Program-made: the position numbers and the translations under genes
Notes under the pieces: model-generated
Databases searched by the model: none
Told to the model about the DNA's origin: nothing
The model's input: only the letters and a program-made list of their open reading frames with translations
In this document: in pieces, positions 35,804 to 49,874 of the stretch
How positions within the stretch are numbered: the first letter of the stretch is position 1
Layout of the letters: each line of letters opens with the position of its first letter
Origin: Eledone cirrhosa
Lineage: Eukaryota
Length of the DNA: 64,000 nt
Direction of reading: 5' to 3'
Assembly (NCBI GenBank): GCA_964016885.1
Contig: OZ024766.1
Location: 15,252,001-15,316,000 of the forward strand

Positions 35804-37960
35804 TCATCATCATCATCATCAACGTTTAACGTCCGTGTTCCACGCTTGCATGGGTTTGGACGGGGGTAGTCCCACTTGAGGCAAGAGTGATTGTCTTGCT
35901 CGCATAGGACTGTCTGGCAGGTTTTCTACAGTTGGATGCCCTTCCTAACACCAACCACATTTACAGTGTGGGTCTGGGAGGTTTTTACCGTGTTGCCTAC
36001 ACGGCCACATTACAGCGTGGACTGTGTGTTTTTTTGTCGTGACACCTACACGATCTCATTTGTTTCGGCCTGGATGGCGCGGCACCAACATAACTTTACA
36101 TAGAATGGGGTGGTGTGGATGGGGTGGGGGTGGTGGTGGTGGGACGGGGTGTATTATGTTAGAGATGCCTACTGGCTGGAGTAGGTTTTACTATATATTT
36201 AGGTAAGGCGGGTCTTCTCTGTTACTGAGTACCGCCAAAGGTCTCGGTCCAGTGACATTGTCTTGGAGAGGTGTAAGTGTGTGATGTCGGAGTTTATCAG
36301 CTCGTCCCAGGTTTTTCTAGGTCTGCCTATTCCGTGACTACCATCTATCTTTATTGCCCTGCACTTTGTTATACAGCTATCGACTTTCATGCGCATCACG
36401 TGTCCATACCAACGTAGCCTTCTCTCGAGTAAACAACATCTGATCCCTCTTATCTCTAATTTTTTCCTTAGTTCGTTTATGCTTTGCCGTTCACGTATAT
36501 TACTGTTACACATCCAGCGGAGCATGCAAGCTTCGTTCCTCTCTAGTCTGCGTATATCCTCTGCACACAATGCCCAGGTCTCACTGCCATGCAACATTGC
36601 TGTTCGTATGCAGGCATCGTACAACCTGCCTTTCATTTTTAGGGAGAACCCTTTAGCAGCTAATAGTGGTATAAGCTCTCTGAACTTTTTCCAACCAGTT
36701 CTGACTCTAGCTACAGTACTTTCAGAGCACCCTCCCCCACTGCTGATTTTATCGCCCAGGTAACGGAAGCTGTCCACTATTTCTATAGAACCCTCTGCGC
36801 AATTGAAAGAGCTAGTATTTTGTGGGCACTTGCTGCTACTTATTGCACCAGAACACCGGCCACATGTAAAATCTATGTTCTTAGTTAGCTTACCTGTGAT
36901 CCCACTACATCTTTTATGCACCCATACTTTGCATTTAGGACATAAAATGGAGTTTCTACCTACGCCTTTCCTACACACCGAGCACGACCATTTCCCAGAA
37001 GGGACTGCCGCCTTGTTTTCTTTCCTACAAACTAGAACTTTGGTCTTAGCCAGGTTAATTTTAAGTCCTTTTGACTCTAGGCCGTGCTTCCATGTTTGGA
37101 ATTTCTTCTCTAGCTCAGCCATTGATTCCGCTATGAGTGTCAGGTCGTCTGCGTATAGGAGTTCCCATGGGCAGCCTGTCTTGAACTCCTCTGTTATAGC
37201 CTGAAGGGCAATAATAAATAGTAGGGGGCTGAGAACAGAGCCCTGATGGACGCCAACTTTTACGCTAAACTCTTCACTATATTCGTTGTTAATTCTAACC
37301 TTGCTGACTGTTTCTTTATACATGGCTTGTATAGCCCTCACAAGCCATTCGTCAACGCCTAGTTTTCTAAGAGCCCACCAGATAATGGAGCGGGGGACTC
37401 TGTCGAAGGCTTTCTCCAAGTCGACAAAAGCTAAGTAGAGCGGTTTACCTTTAGCTAGGTACTTCTCCTGTAGTTGTCGTACTATGAAAAGAGCGTCTGT
37501 AGTACCTTTGCCTGACACAAACCCGAACTGCATTTCATCTAGGTCAATTCTCTCTCTGATTAGTTGCGCTATTACTTTTTCCGTGACCTTCATGACCTGG
37601 TCGATTAATTTAATGCCTCTATAGTTACTCCTATCTAGGGCGTCTCCTTTATCCTTATAACAGTTAACGATGATGCTGCTATGCCAGTCCTTCGGAACAA
37701 CCCCATTCTGTACGACTTGGTTAACTATGCAGGTGACCATGGTGTGTCCCACCGTGCCAGATGCCTTCAGCATCTCAGCAACTATTTCCGAAGGCCCAGC
37801 CGCCTTACCCGTCTTCATATCCTTGATTGCCTTACTTATTATACTCCCCTCGACTAACACTGCTGGTCCCTCTATTGGGTCGATATGGGGGAGACTGTCT
37901 TTCTCCCATTTATTCTCCTCATTTAGTAGCCTTTCATAGTGACACTTCCAAGCTACCTTC
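35801..37960 (-). mobile_element. 5'-truncated RTE LINE family B with uninterrupted RT to C-terminus frame
   Basis: The 587-aa ORF at 36199-37962 has no stop; (CAT)n tail; (TA)n on both flanks. Confidence 0.95.
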
Positions 37961-38099
37961 ATATATATATATATTTCTCACTCTTAGTGCGGCTGTTACT
38001 TAAATATAAGTATGTATACGTACATACATATATGTATACAGGCGTACAGTAGTATGTATATATATATACATACATGCACACATATATATATGTACGTAT

Positions 38100-41000
38100 G
38101 GCACTCAATGACAATGTCACAGATAAAGACAAATTCACCTCCTGCTGCAAGACAAGAATACAAGGACCCCTCTTTATTTCAGACACAGATGACCAACAAA
38201 ATCCCGTCTCCCACACCCCTCCCTGTCCCTCCAACCCATCCATCCCACCCTCCCAACTTCAGAGTTGGTACCATGAACGTAGGCACATTGAAAGGTCGCT
38301 CAAATGAGGTTGTAGAGATGCTTGAACGTAAAGAAGTTGATGTTTGTTGTATTCAAGAGGCTAGGTGAGGAGGGGGATCTGCCAGATTCATCGTGGGTAA
38401 AAAACGATGCTATAAACTTTTCTGGGTGGGAAATGACAACAGACAGGGTAGTGTAGGAATTATGTTAGCTGAAAAATGGGTAGATAAGGTAATGACGTAA
38501 ATATAGTGAATGACAGAATAATTGAATTAAGACTAGTTCTAAATAGAATTACTGTGACAATAATATCTCCTTATGCACCCCAATCTGGTCTACCTGATGT
38601 TATAAAGGACAGGTTCTATTAGATGCTAATGCACACTACCTCCCAAATAACCGAAAGTGACTACTTAATTATTGCTAGCGATCTAAACAGTCACGTTGGA
38701 CAACATAGTGATGGCTATGATGGAATCCATGGAGGCTATGGGATTGGAAATAGAAATGAAGAGGGTTTCAGAATCCTAGAATTCAGTGATGCAAATAGCC
38801 TAACTATATGTAACACAAACTTAAAAAAACGTGAATACCATTTAATCACCTATAGATCAGGGGAACACGCCAGCCAGATAGATTATATCCTTACTAGAAG
38901 ACGGGACAAAATGTCTGTTGTAAACTCTAAATCCCTCCCCCGTGAAGAATGCACCTCGCAACATCGCTTAGTAGTTAGTGACCTCATAGTCAGGAATAGA
39001 CGTACTCGACGACAGAAGAGGCCTACCTTGAGGAGAAGAATATGGAAGTTGAAGGACCCCATAGCCAGTGACAAATTTAAAAGCTTATTATTTGTTGCCT
39101 TTGACAATAAGGAAGAGCAATTAGAGACGTGCAATAGAGAGGAACAGTGGCAATTCTTGAAAGTGAACCTGCTGAAAGCAACGGATGAAATCTGTGGCTG
39201 GAGTAGACCTATTGGCAGGAGGAGAGTAACTTGGTGGTGGAACAGTGAGGTGGAAGAGACAATCAAGGCCAAAAAGCAGGCTTGGAAAGAATGGCAGGAC
39301 GGGGGAAGTAGAGAGCACTATCAAGTGGCCAGGAGAGAAGCTAGGAGACAAGTGTACCTTGCAAAAAGGGTAGCAGAGGATAGAAAGTTCAAGCATGTTC
39401 TGCAACGTGAGGACCAAAAACGTGAGGTGTTCAGGATTGCTAGACAATGTGTCAAGGAAAACCGTGATATTGTCGGGGAGAAGTGTGTCCGTAATGATAA
39501 TGGTGTACTTGCGCTCACTGATACTGATAAGCCTGGAAGTGGCACTACGAGAGACTATTAAATGAGAAGAATAAATGGGAAAAAGATAGTCTGCCCCAAA
39601 TCGATCCAATGGTGCAAGGTAAAGGTAGTATAAGTAAGGCAATCAAAGATATGAAGACAGGCAAGGCAGCTGGGCCTTCGGAGGTAGTTGCTAAGATGTT
39701 GAAGGCATCTGGTATGGCGGGACACACTATGGTCACCCGTATAGTTAACCAAGTAATACAGAATGGGGTCATACCGAAAGACTGGCGTAGCAGCATCATC
39801 ATTAACTGCTACAAGGGTAAAGGGGATGCTCTAGATAGGGGAAACTATAGAGGCATTAAGTTAGTTGACCAGGTCATGAAGGTCACAGAAAGAGTAATAG
39901 CGCAACTAATCAGAGAGCGAATTGATCTAGATGAAATGCAGTTTGGGTTTGTGTCAGGTAAAAGTACCACAGACGCTCTTTTCCTTGTACGACAACTACA
40001 AGAGAAGTACCTAGCTAAAAGAAAACCCCTCTACTTAGCTTTTGTAGACCTGGAGGAAGCTTTTGACAGAGTCCCCCGCTCCATTATCTGGTGGGCTCTT
40101 AGAAAACTAGATGTAGATGAATGGCTGGTGAGAGCTATACAAGCTATGTATAATGAAACAGTCAGTAAGGTTAGAATTAACAATGAATATTGTGAAGAAT
40201 TTAGTGTAAAAGTTGGCGTTCATCAAGGCTCTGTCCTTAGCCCCCTCTTATTTATTATTGCCCTTCAGGCTATAACAGAGGAGTTCAAGACCCGCTGCCC
40301 ATGGGAACTCCTATACGCATATGATCTAACGCTCATAGTTGAATCAATGGCTGAACTAGAGAAGAAATTCGAAACATGGAAGCATGGCCTAGAATCAAAA
40401 GGCCATAAAGTTAACTTGTCTAAGACTAAAGTTCTAGTTTGTAGAAAGGAAAATAGGGCACAGGTGCCCTCAAGGAAATGGCCATGCTCAGTGTGTAGGA
40501 AAGGAGTAGGCAGAAATTCCATTTTATGTCCCAAATGCAAAGTATGGGTGCATAAAAGATGTAGTGGGATCACAGGTAAACTATCTAAGAACGTAGACTT
40601 TATATGTGGCCAATGCTCAGGTGCAATAAGTAGCAAGTGTCCAAAGGATACTAGCTCCTTCCATTGCCCAGATGGTTCTATAGAAATAGCAGACACTTTC
40701 CGTTACCTGAGTGACGAAATCAACAGTGGTGGAGGGTGTTCTGAAAGTACAGTAGCCAGAGTCAGAACAGGATGGAAAAAGTTCAGAGCGCTTATACTGC
40801 TGTTGGCCACAAAAGGTTTCTCTCTAAAAATGAAAGGCAGATTGTATGATGCCTGTATACAAACAGCAATGCTACATGGCAGTGAGGCATGGGCATTACC
40901 TGCAGAGGACCTGTGTAGGCTGGAAAGGAACGAAGCATGCATGCTCCGTTGGATGTGTAATAGTAATATACGTGAACGACAAAGCATAAATGAACTAAGT

Positions 41001-41631
41001 TAGAAATTAGGAATAAGAGGGATCAGATGCTGTTTACTTGAGAGAAGACTACATTGGTATGGCCATGTGATGCGCATGAAAGACGACAGTTGTATAAAAA
41101 AGTGCAGGGCGATCAAAATTGATGGTAGTTACGGAGTAGGTAGACCCAGAAAAACCTGGGATGATCTGATAAATTCTGACCTCACACACTTACATCTCTC
41201 TAAGACAATGTCTCTGGGCCGAGATCTTTGGTGCTATGCAGTAATACAGAAGACCCGCCTTGCCTATGCACAAAGCGAAACCTACAGTCAGTAGGCACCT
41301 CTTAACCAAATATACACCCCAATCTACTACCCCTACCCTATCCTCCCACTCCCACCAACAGCATGAGAAAATGAAATCGAGTTTGTGTAGGTGTCACGGA
41401 AAAAAAACACACACACAGTCCACGCTGTAATGTGGTCGTGTAGGTAACACGGTAAAAAGTTCCCAGTTCCACACTGTAAATGTGGTTGGTGTTAGGAAGG
41501 GCATCCAGCCGTAGAAAAAGTTAGTTCTATATGAGTGAGACACGGTCACCCGACCAGCCTTGCCTCAACTCCCGTCTAACCCATGCTAGCGTGGGAAATG
41601 GACGTTAAACGAAGATGATGATGATGATGAT
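38100..41631 (+). mobile_element. Near full-length, more diverged RTE LINE family B copy (APE + RT, stops and frameshifts)
   Basis: ORF pieces 38012-38368, 38623-39561, 39609-41003 and 41067-41294; YADD mutated to YAYD; (GAT)n tail at ~41614-41631. Confidence 0.93.
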
Positions 41632-42165
41632 ATATATAGGAAAATGTATGACCTCGACAGTAGAGCTCAAGCCGTTTCGACGGCTATTTCTGGACTAAAT
41701 TAGAATTTTTAGCCTGGTAAATAAATAGCCGAACTTTTCAAGGGGTACTTCCTTATATGGGAAGATTGTAGCTGTCAAGAGGATTGGTCAAAAATTCCTG
41801 GTAAACACAATTAAGTCAATCATGGCAGTGGGTGGGAGGTGGGGATGGCTGAACTTGCCTGTAGAGCAATGAGGGAGTGGTGGAGCCGGTCAAGCGTTGA
41901 AAGTGAAATCTAAACAGCAAATTCTAAGGATTGTGTATGAAAGTAGGCCAACTTTCATACTTTCCGCCATGGCGATTGGACTGCATACCCTGCTTTCCAG
42001 GTTACTCTTTGCCACTGATATATATATATTTATATATTGAGTACTCTGGTGCATTATGGTCCTTCTGGTTCCTTACCACACCTCCTTTGTTATATATATA
42101 CAACGGCGGCAAAGATTGGAAACCGAATCTGAGCTTTCCCGCCTCTGGGACAAGCCGTGGTAAGT

Positions 42166-45100
42166 TGTTTACGCTCAAGAGACTAACCCCTTGGGAGAGG
42201 CTAAACACAGGTCAGAGGTGTTTACGCCTGACAGAAAAGGTCAGAGAATATATCCATCTTCCTGAGTTGTTTACGCTTGGCAAACTAATCCCTTGGGAGA
42301 CTCTAACCAAAGTTCAGAGGATATATCTATCCTTCTAACTTCAACTCTTATAAATACAGGGGTTGTTTACGCCCCGACAGAAAAGAAGTGATATACAGAC
42401 AACACAAGTGGCCTTTACAAGCTCTCGTCACGAAATACACCAGTCCGTCACTAATTTCCTCTCCTGCCTGGCTGATCGATACAACCACATATTCCGTTAC
42501 AACTGGTGACCCCGTAAAACAGACACACAACTTCTGATCATCCACTACAAACGATGTCTCTAGCACACGACGATTCATCTACGGCAGAAATGGCAGTGAG
42601 GGCGGCATTTACATTAAGAATTCCACCATTCTGGGTGCACGATCTAACACTGTGGTTCGCGCACATCCAAGCGCAGTTCGCATAATAACACACGGCCCAC
42701 CTGTCGCTGCACGACCTAGAAGGCTACCACCAGACCGGCTGAAGTCCGTCAAACAAGAATTTTAGCACATGCTGGATCTCGGCATCATACGTCCGTCCAG
42801 CAGCAACTGGTCCTCACCCATACACTGTGTACCCAAGAAGTCGTCGAACGACTGGCGAATCTGTGGCGACTACCGTGCACTGAACAACTGCACCGTTCCT
42901 AACTCTTATCCAGTGCCTCATCTACAGGACTTCTCTAGCTCGCTGCACGGGGCTCGCATATTTTCGAAGATCGATCTTGTGCGAGCTTACAATCAGATAC
43001 CCGTTGAGCCCGCAGATATTCCAAAGACCGCCGTCACAACACCCTTTGGAATGTTCGAATTTCTGCGTATGCCTTTCGGTTTGCGAAATGCAGCGCAGAC
43101 ATTCCAGCGATTCATCGATACAGTCACCAGGGGTCTACCTTTTGTATACGCATACATTGACGACTTAAAGGTGGCCAGCAGCTCCGATGAAGCACATGAG
43201 AAACACCTGGATCTCCTATTCACACGTTTGCGTGAATATGGAATTGTTATCAACCCCAGCAAATGTGAGTTCGGAGTTGCGTCCCTTCATTTTCTGGGAC
43301 ACATCATTGACAAAGATGGTATTCGCCCACTTAAGGAGAAATTCAAATCCATCATTGATTTTCCACAACCTATATCTCTCCGCAAACTGCGAGAATTTCT
43401 TGGCCTGGTAAACTTCTACAGAAGATGTATACCCCACTGTGCAGAGACAGCCCAACCACTCACAGATTTGCTGCGGCAGCATACAACCAAAAACGCAAAC
43501 ATCAAGCTCAGCGAAAAAGAATATACCGCTTTCGCTGAGTTGAAGAAAATGTTGTCCGAGGCTACAATGCTGAGTTACCCCAAACCTGACGCCCCAATGT
43601 GTTTATTGACTGATGCATCCGATTTCGGAGTTGGAGGTGTGCTTCAACAACTCTCTGGCGATATTTGGCGACCTGTATCTTTTTTCTCTAAGCAATTAAA
43701 ACCCGCCGAAACTAAGTATAGCACATTTAGTCGTGAATTATTGGCAGCATACCTTGCTGTCAAGCATTTTCGACACATGCTAAAAGGTCGTGTGTTCTCT
43801 ATATACACCGACCACAAACCACTAGTGTACGCGTTCAATGCCAAGCCTGACCGACACTCACCCAGGGAGGTCCGACATCTGGACTTCATTTCTCAGTACA
43901 CTACTGATATTCGGTACATTAAGGGTGCCACCAACTCAGCAGCTTATGCCCTATCGCGCATGGAGCTTAACGCAATCCACACCACTGCCACTATCGACCA
44001 CCAGAAGATTGCAGCGGATCAACAGAATGACGAGGAACTGCTGCAACTCCGGAAATCATCCTTGAAATTGAAGGAATGCCTGCTGCCCTCTTCTTCGGGT
44101 TATATTTGGTGTGACATCTCCACAGGCCGCGAGCGCCCATACGTGCCCCGGAAACATCGACGCGACGTTTTCTCGACACTGCATGCTCTGGTACATCCTG
44201 GCGTCCGCGCCACGCAGAAACTGATGGTTGCCCGCTTTGTGTGGCCCAACATCAACAAGGACACCCGCGAATGGGCTAGGAACTGCATCGCGTGCCAGAA
44301 GGCGAAAATTCACCGGCACATCAAAGCCCCGATCGCTTCTTTCGCAACACCTGATGCACGGTTCCAACATGTGCATATAGACATAGTTGGACCTTTGCCT
44401 CCTTCTCAAAACTACACTCATCTTCTCACCTGTGTCGACCGATTTTCTCGCTGGCCAGAAGCTTTTCCCCTGACGGATATTACTGCGGAAACTGTCGCCA
44501 AAACGTTAGTGTTTCACTGGGTTTCACGTTTCGGCACACCCGCGACCATCACTACGGATAGAGGACGTCAGTTCGATTCGAATCTATTTACCGAGCTGAC
44601 TCGTCTCCTCGGGTGCAAACACATCCGTACAACAGCGTATCACCCTGCCGCTAACGGCATGGTAGAACGCTTACACCGCCAGCTAAAATCATCTATCAAG
44701 GCTTACGAAGACTCCACTAACTGGTTCGAATACCTCCCACTCATTCTTCTTGGTATTCGTTCCACTGTTAAAGAGGGAGTCGGACATTCTCCGGCTGAAA
44801 TGGTGTATGGCACCGTACTCACTCTACCCGGACAAATGATCACTCCTGTTTCGCCACAAGAACTTCCAGACCCTACAAAATATGTGCACCGTTTACGGTC
44901 ATCAATGTCGCATCTGTCTCCTTCAGCCCCTAAACAGCACGTTACTTCACACATACCAAAAGACATCGATACATGGACGCATGTTTTCGTTAGAAATGAC
45001 GGTATTCCATCGCAACTTCGTCCGCCGTATTCCGTCCGGGCCCTACAAGGTGATACAGAAATGCCCTAAGTATTTCGTCCTCGACTTGAACGGGAAGCGA

Positions 45101-46326
45101 AATACCGTCTCCATTGATCGTTTAAAAAAAGCGTTCATAGAACAGGAATTGCCACCAGTACCCACCGTTTCTCCAGCAGACTCACCAACAATTTTGCCCG
45201 ACACAAACACGGAAAATTCTGCACACCAAATCCGGAAGAACAGTCCGATGGCCCACGCCATGGGATACGTACAAGTTTATCGGGTAAGTACAAATTATGC
45301 ATCTGGTCGACATTTTGGCTAATTTGTACATTTCAACGAATCGGCCAATTTCTGTGGTCATGAACTATTGCTACACACAAATCAATTAACTCTGTGCATC
45401 ACCCACATCAAAAGAACAGACAAAAGAACATTTTTCTGTTTCTATGAAATGAACAAACTTTTAATCAACAAACTTTTCGTACGAACATTTTCAATATTAT
45501 GTAACATCACAGTACATTTTCCTGAATGTAAATTTCTTTTGCTTTGCATGTTTTCTTCCATGTCTCCTGTTTGTAAATGACTTTCGTGTGTTTTTTTATT
45601 TTTACTGATTTTCTTCAACAACACACCTAGTCATACCTATCTTTATTTCACATGCACCTAGATCGTTCAATCTTAACTTGTTTACGCTCAAGAGACTAAT
45701 CCCTTGGGAGAGGCTAAACGCAGATCAGAGGTGTTTACGCCTGACAGAAAATAGGTCAGAGGATATATCCATCTTTATGACTTGTTTACGCTTGTCAAAC
45801 TAATCCCTTGGGAGAGTAACCAAAGTTTAGAGGATATATCTATCCTTCTAAATTCTACTCTTATAAAGACAGGGATTGTTTACGCCAAAAACAGAAAAGA
45901 AGTGGGATACAGACAAGACAAGACGTTTTACAAGCTCTCGTCACGAAAAACCAGTCTATCACTTATTCTCACCTTCCTGGCTGATCGCTGACTCCTGCAA
46001 TACAAATAAGTAAATATACTGATACGCCGCACACACGCATTCATAGTGAGTCCAGCATTTGTACACGTATCATTCATTTCTGTTTACACGTATTATAATC
46101 GTATTCTGTGATATTTGAATTTACGTGGCTCGAAGAGCCACCAAATTATTGTATGAATATTTTGTGTCAATTATTTTATCATTCAATATTCAAATTGAAT
46201 ATTGTTGTAATAAAATAAACTTTGTAACAACACTCCTGGTATTTTTCTTTACACCGAAACCACCATACCAACAGTTACATCCATCCATCCACTTGTCGTT
46301 ACAACCACACATAATATTCCGTTACA
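42166..46326 (+). mobile_element. Ty3/Gypsy LTR retrotransposon with gag-protease deletion and unequal LTRs
   Basis: Direct repeats 42166-42501 and 45679-46326 both end in ATTCCGTTACA; PBS-like TGGTGACCCCG at 42504; gag start (RIPPFW..LWFAHIQAQF) at ~42590 joined directly to pre-RT sequence. The true LTR 5' edge, PPT and TSD were not resolved. Confidence 0.85.
42769..45069 (+). CDS. Gypsy pol: RT, RNase H, integrase (frameshift near the C-terminus)
   Basis: [49 protein letters not shown] zinc finger, HIDIVGP, TDRGRQF, NGMVER; the integrase tail (YKVI..VSIDRLK) continues in another frame. Confidence 0.92.
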   Translation: MLDLGIIRPSSSNWSSPIHCVPKKSSNDWRICGDYRALNNCTVPNSYPVPHLQDFSSSLHGARIFSKIDLVRAYNQIPVEPADIPKTAVTTPFGMFEFLRMPFGLRNAAQTFQRFIDTVTRGLPFVYAYIDDLKVASSSDEAHEKHLDLLFTRLREYGIVINPSKCEFGVASLHFLGHIIDKDGIRPLKEKFKSIIDFPQPISLRKLREFLGLVNFYRRCIPHCAETAQPLTDLLRQHTTKNANIKLSEKEYTAFAELKKMLSEATMLSYPKPDAPMCLLTDASDFGVGGVLQQLSGDIWRPVSFFSKQLKPAETKYSTFSRELLAAYLAVKHFRHMLKGRVFSIYTDHKPLVYAFNAKPDRHSPREVRHLDFISQYTTDIRYIKGATNSAAYALSRMELNAIHTTATIDHQKIAADQQNDEELLQLRKSSLKLKECLLPSSSGYIWCDISTGRERPYVPRKHRRDVFSTLHALVHPGVRATQKLMVARFVWPNINKDTREWARNCIACQKAKIHRHIKAPIASFATPDARFQHVHIDIVGPLPPSQNYTHLLTCVDRFSRWPEAFPLTDITAETVAKTLVFHWVSRFGTPATITTDRGRQFDSNLFTELTRLLGCKHIRTTAYHPAANGMVERLHRQLKSSIKAYEDSTNWFEYLPLILLGIRSTVKEGVGHSPAEMVYGTVLTLPGQMITPVSPQELPDPTKYVHRLRSSMSHLSPSAPKQHVTSHIPKDIDTWTHVFVRNDGIPSQLRPPYSVRALQGDTEMP

Positions 46327-46465
46327 CCTCCGTCTATATTTCAACCACTGGAACAACCTCACACAAGAAACAGTTGTCGCACCCTCAGTCAACATTTTAA
46401 TGTCAAACATCGAAATAAATGTTATGAGTGTATATAGATAGATGTATATTGTGTGTGTATATATA

Positions 46466-46620
46466 CAGTAATCCCCCGCTATATTGCGGTTCACTTTTCG
46501 CGGTCCCGTTACATCGCGGATATTTCTTTGGAACGTATCTAATTTCCTATCGCGGTAATCCTCGCCACATCGCGGATTATTCGTTAGAACATATCTATTT
46601 TCTTATCGCGGTACGTCTGA
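46466..46620 (+). mobile_element. Tigger/pogo-like DNA transposon end fragment
   Basis: TA|CAGTAATCCCCCGCTATATTGCGG with repeated TCGCGG subterminal motifs; second TIR not found. Confidence 0.55.
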
Positions 46621-47061
46621 GTAAAAAGTGTTTAAAATTTAAACTTATTAAATAAGTTTCGATGTTATTAAAGAGTATATCGTAAGGAAGGGACATCTTA
46701 AGGCTTTAATTATGAACAAATTTTTATATTTTCATTCCATTATTGTTTTACTGATTGTGTTTTGCTCTAATCTACTACAAACAATTCATAGATTGGTCTC
46801 TCTGTAACATGGTTGTTTCTGGAACGTATCATGGCTTAGTGGTTAAAGCATTGGGCTTGCAATCTAAAGGTTGTGAGTTCGATTCTCGGACAGGGTGTTG
46901 TGTTGTGTCCTTGAGCAAGACACTTTATTTCACGTTACTCCAGTTTACTCAGCTGTAGAAATGAGTTGTGATGTCACTGGTGCCAAGCTATATCAGTCAT
47001 AACCTTTCTCTTGGACGTATATATAGTGTATATATACTGTACACAGTGTATATATATCTAT

Positions 47062-48690
47062 ATCATCATCACTGTTTTACGTCCCTTCTTCCATGGTAGT
47101 ATGGGTTAGACAGGTTGTCCTGTTGTGGGCAGTGCCAGATAGGGTGACCTTGTCTTGCTCAGATGGGAACCGATTTTGGCTTGATTTCTACAGCTGGATG
47201 CCCTTCCTAACACCAACCTCACAGTGAGTGATGGGTGTTTTTTTGTTGTGACACCTCCACGGCCACTTTACAGTGGGAGGGGGTGGGGCATATTGTCTAT
47301 GTGCTTCAGCTTGTACCCAGGGGCTACAACACAACCTCCTCTGCTGCACGCAGCATTTGATTCCTCTTATGTTCAGTCTCTCTCTCAATTTGTTAATGCT
47401 TTACCGTTCGCGTATATTACTATTACACGTCCATCGGAGCATGCAAGCTTCGTTTCTTTCTAATCTACGCAAGTCTTCTACAGACAGTGCCCAGGTCTCA
47501 CTACCATGTAGCATTGCTGTTCGTATGCACGTATCATACTGTCTGCCTTTCATTTTGAGGGAAAAGCCTTTTGCAGCTAGCAGTGGCAGTAGCTCCCTAA
47601 ACTTCTTCAATCCTGTTACTGTACTTTCAGAACACCCACCTCCGCTGCTCCTTTCGTCACCTAGGTAGCAAAAGCAGTCTACTGTTTCTACAGATCTCTC
47701 CCAGAGTTTGGTGGTGCTTGTTTCTTTAGTTCTGCCATAGATTCAGCTATAAGTGTAAGATCATCCGCATATAGGAGTTCCTATGGGCATCAGGTCTTAA
47801 ACTCCTCTGTTATAGCCTGCAATACTATTATAAACAGAAGAAGGTTAAGAACAGAGCCCTGGTGGACACCGACCTGTATGCTAGATTCCTCGCTATAGTA
47901 ATTGTTAACTCTAACTTTGCTGACTGCTCCCCTATACATGGCTTGTACAGCTTTCACAAGCCACTAATCTACTCTTAGTTTTCTAAGAGCCCACCAGATT
48001 ATAGCACGGAGCACTCTGTTGAAGAATTTTTCCATATCGACAAGAGCCAGGTAGAGCGGCTTGCTTTTAGCTAGGTACTTTACCTGTAACTGCCTCACAA
48101 GGAAGAGAGCATCAGTGGTGCTTTTTCCTGGCACAAGCCCAAACTGCATCTCACCTAGTTTTACCCACTCCCTGATCAACTGTGCTATGACTCTTTCCAT
48201 TACTTTCATGACCTGGTCCATCAGCTTTATATCTCTATAGTTTATTCTATCTAGTGCATCTACTTTACCCTTGTAGCAGTTGACGATGATGCTGCTGCAC
48301 CAATCCTTTGGTATGACACCCTCTAGTATTACCTGGTTAACAATATGTGTGGTTATTACTTTATCTACCGATTTGTCAGCTAATAGTATACCTACACCAC
48401 CCATCCCATTGTCATTTCCCACCCAGAAAAATTTATAGCACTAACTTTTGCCTACAAGGACTCTAGCGAACTCTCCTCTCCACCTAGTCTCTTGCACACA
48501 GCATACGTCAATATCCTTTCACTCTAGCATGTCTATAATTTCTCCTTCCCTTCCTTTCATTGTGCTTATGTTGATGCTGCCGACTCAGAGTTTTGGACAT
48601 TTGCCATCATTTGTGGGAAAAGGTGAATTTTTGCAGGGGAGTGTGTATGCTTCCTGTCTCTGAATTAAAGCTTTGCATGGGTGCTTGGTA
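47062..48690 (-). mobile_element. Multiply deleted older RTE LINE (family B relative)
   Basis: Colinear pieces of 3' UTR, C-terminus (HGSETW), RT (ALVDMEK, QGSV) and APE start with large internal deletions. Confidence 0.85.
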
Positions 48691-48783
48691 ACTCGCAGAT
48701 TCATATTCATTTATTTATTCGGGGTTGTTCCATTTATCCTTCGCTCCTCCATACATAACAGTAATCAAGTATACTTTGGTGCA

Positions 48784-48975
48784 GGGCTAGAAGGACAGTA
48801 GTAATAATGGCAGAGTTTGTTGGGGCTGGTAAGGGCTAGAAGGACAGTAGTAGTAATGGCAGAGTTTGTTGGGGCTGGTAAGGGCTAGAAGGACAGTAGT
48901 AGTAATGGCAGAGTTTGTTGGGGCTGGTAACGGCTAGAAGGACAGTAGTAATAATGGCAAAGTTTGTTGGGGATG
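48784..48975. repeat. 49-bp tandem repeat, ~4 copies
   Basis: GGGCTAGAAGGACAGTAGTAATAATGGCAGAGTTTGTTGGGGCTGGTAA repeated. Confidence 0.9.
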
Positions 48976-49874
48976 GTAATGGGTAAGGACATGTTGCTGT
49001 GGTTTGATTGGTCAAATAGCCAATGGTGGTGAGTGGGAAATTGTGAGATAGGTAGCCATCATGACATATATCATCACAGGAGATTCGGGGGAAATAAGCA
49101 GATATAAGTAGGCATATTAGACAAGGCAGATATGCAAGAATTTCGAAGATTGTCACCTAGCTTTGAGAGAAAGGAGAGGTAATTGCAGGGGTTAGGGATG
49201 AGTTTGTAGAGAAAGACACAATGTCCAACATGGTTTATATCAAAAACAAGGTCGAAGTATATACATTGTGGAAACAAGTCAATGATAATAATAATAATAA
49301 TGTAAACAGAACATTTTGAAATTGGGGAAGAGAGATAGCTGTAGAATAGAAATAATCTATGGAAGTCTGGGATATAAGTTATATATATATATGTTGTGAT
49401 GTCACTGGTGCCAAGCTGTATCAGCCATTGCCTTTCCCTTGGACAACATATATAGCGTATAATATATATTGTACACATCGTATATATAATATATATATTG
49501 TGTATATATACTGTAGACAGTGTATATATGATATATATATAGTATATATATATGTAGTGATGTTACTGGTACCAAGCTGTATCAGCCATTACCTTTCCCA
49601 ACATCGGTGGCGTGGAGAGGGTAGACTGGTATACTTGGGTGACTGCTGGTCTTCCTCAAACAACTGGACTTGTGCCTCAGAGGGGAACTTTCTAGTTGCA
49701 AATCACATGGTCATTCTTGACCGACAGAGGTCTTCGATATGTTAGGTTTGTATATATAGATGTGTATTGATGTCCATGTGGGAGTCATTGATACCAATAC
49801 TAGGGATGGCTGGTCTTCTATATTACTGTATAACACCAAAGATCTCGATCCTGTGTCATTGTCTTTGAGAAGTG

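Noticed and set aside
42081-42090. cctcc as the Gypsy target-site duplication
   Set aside because: It matches the sequence after 46326 but does not abut a defined LTR start shared with the 3' LTR.
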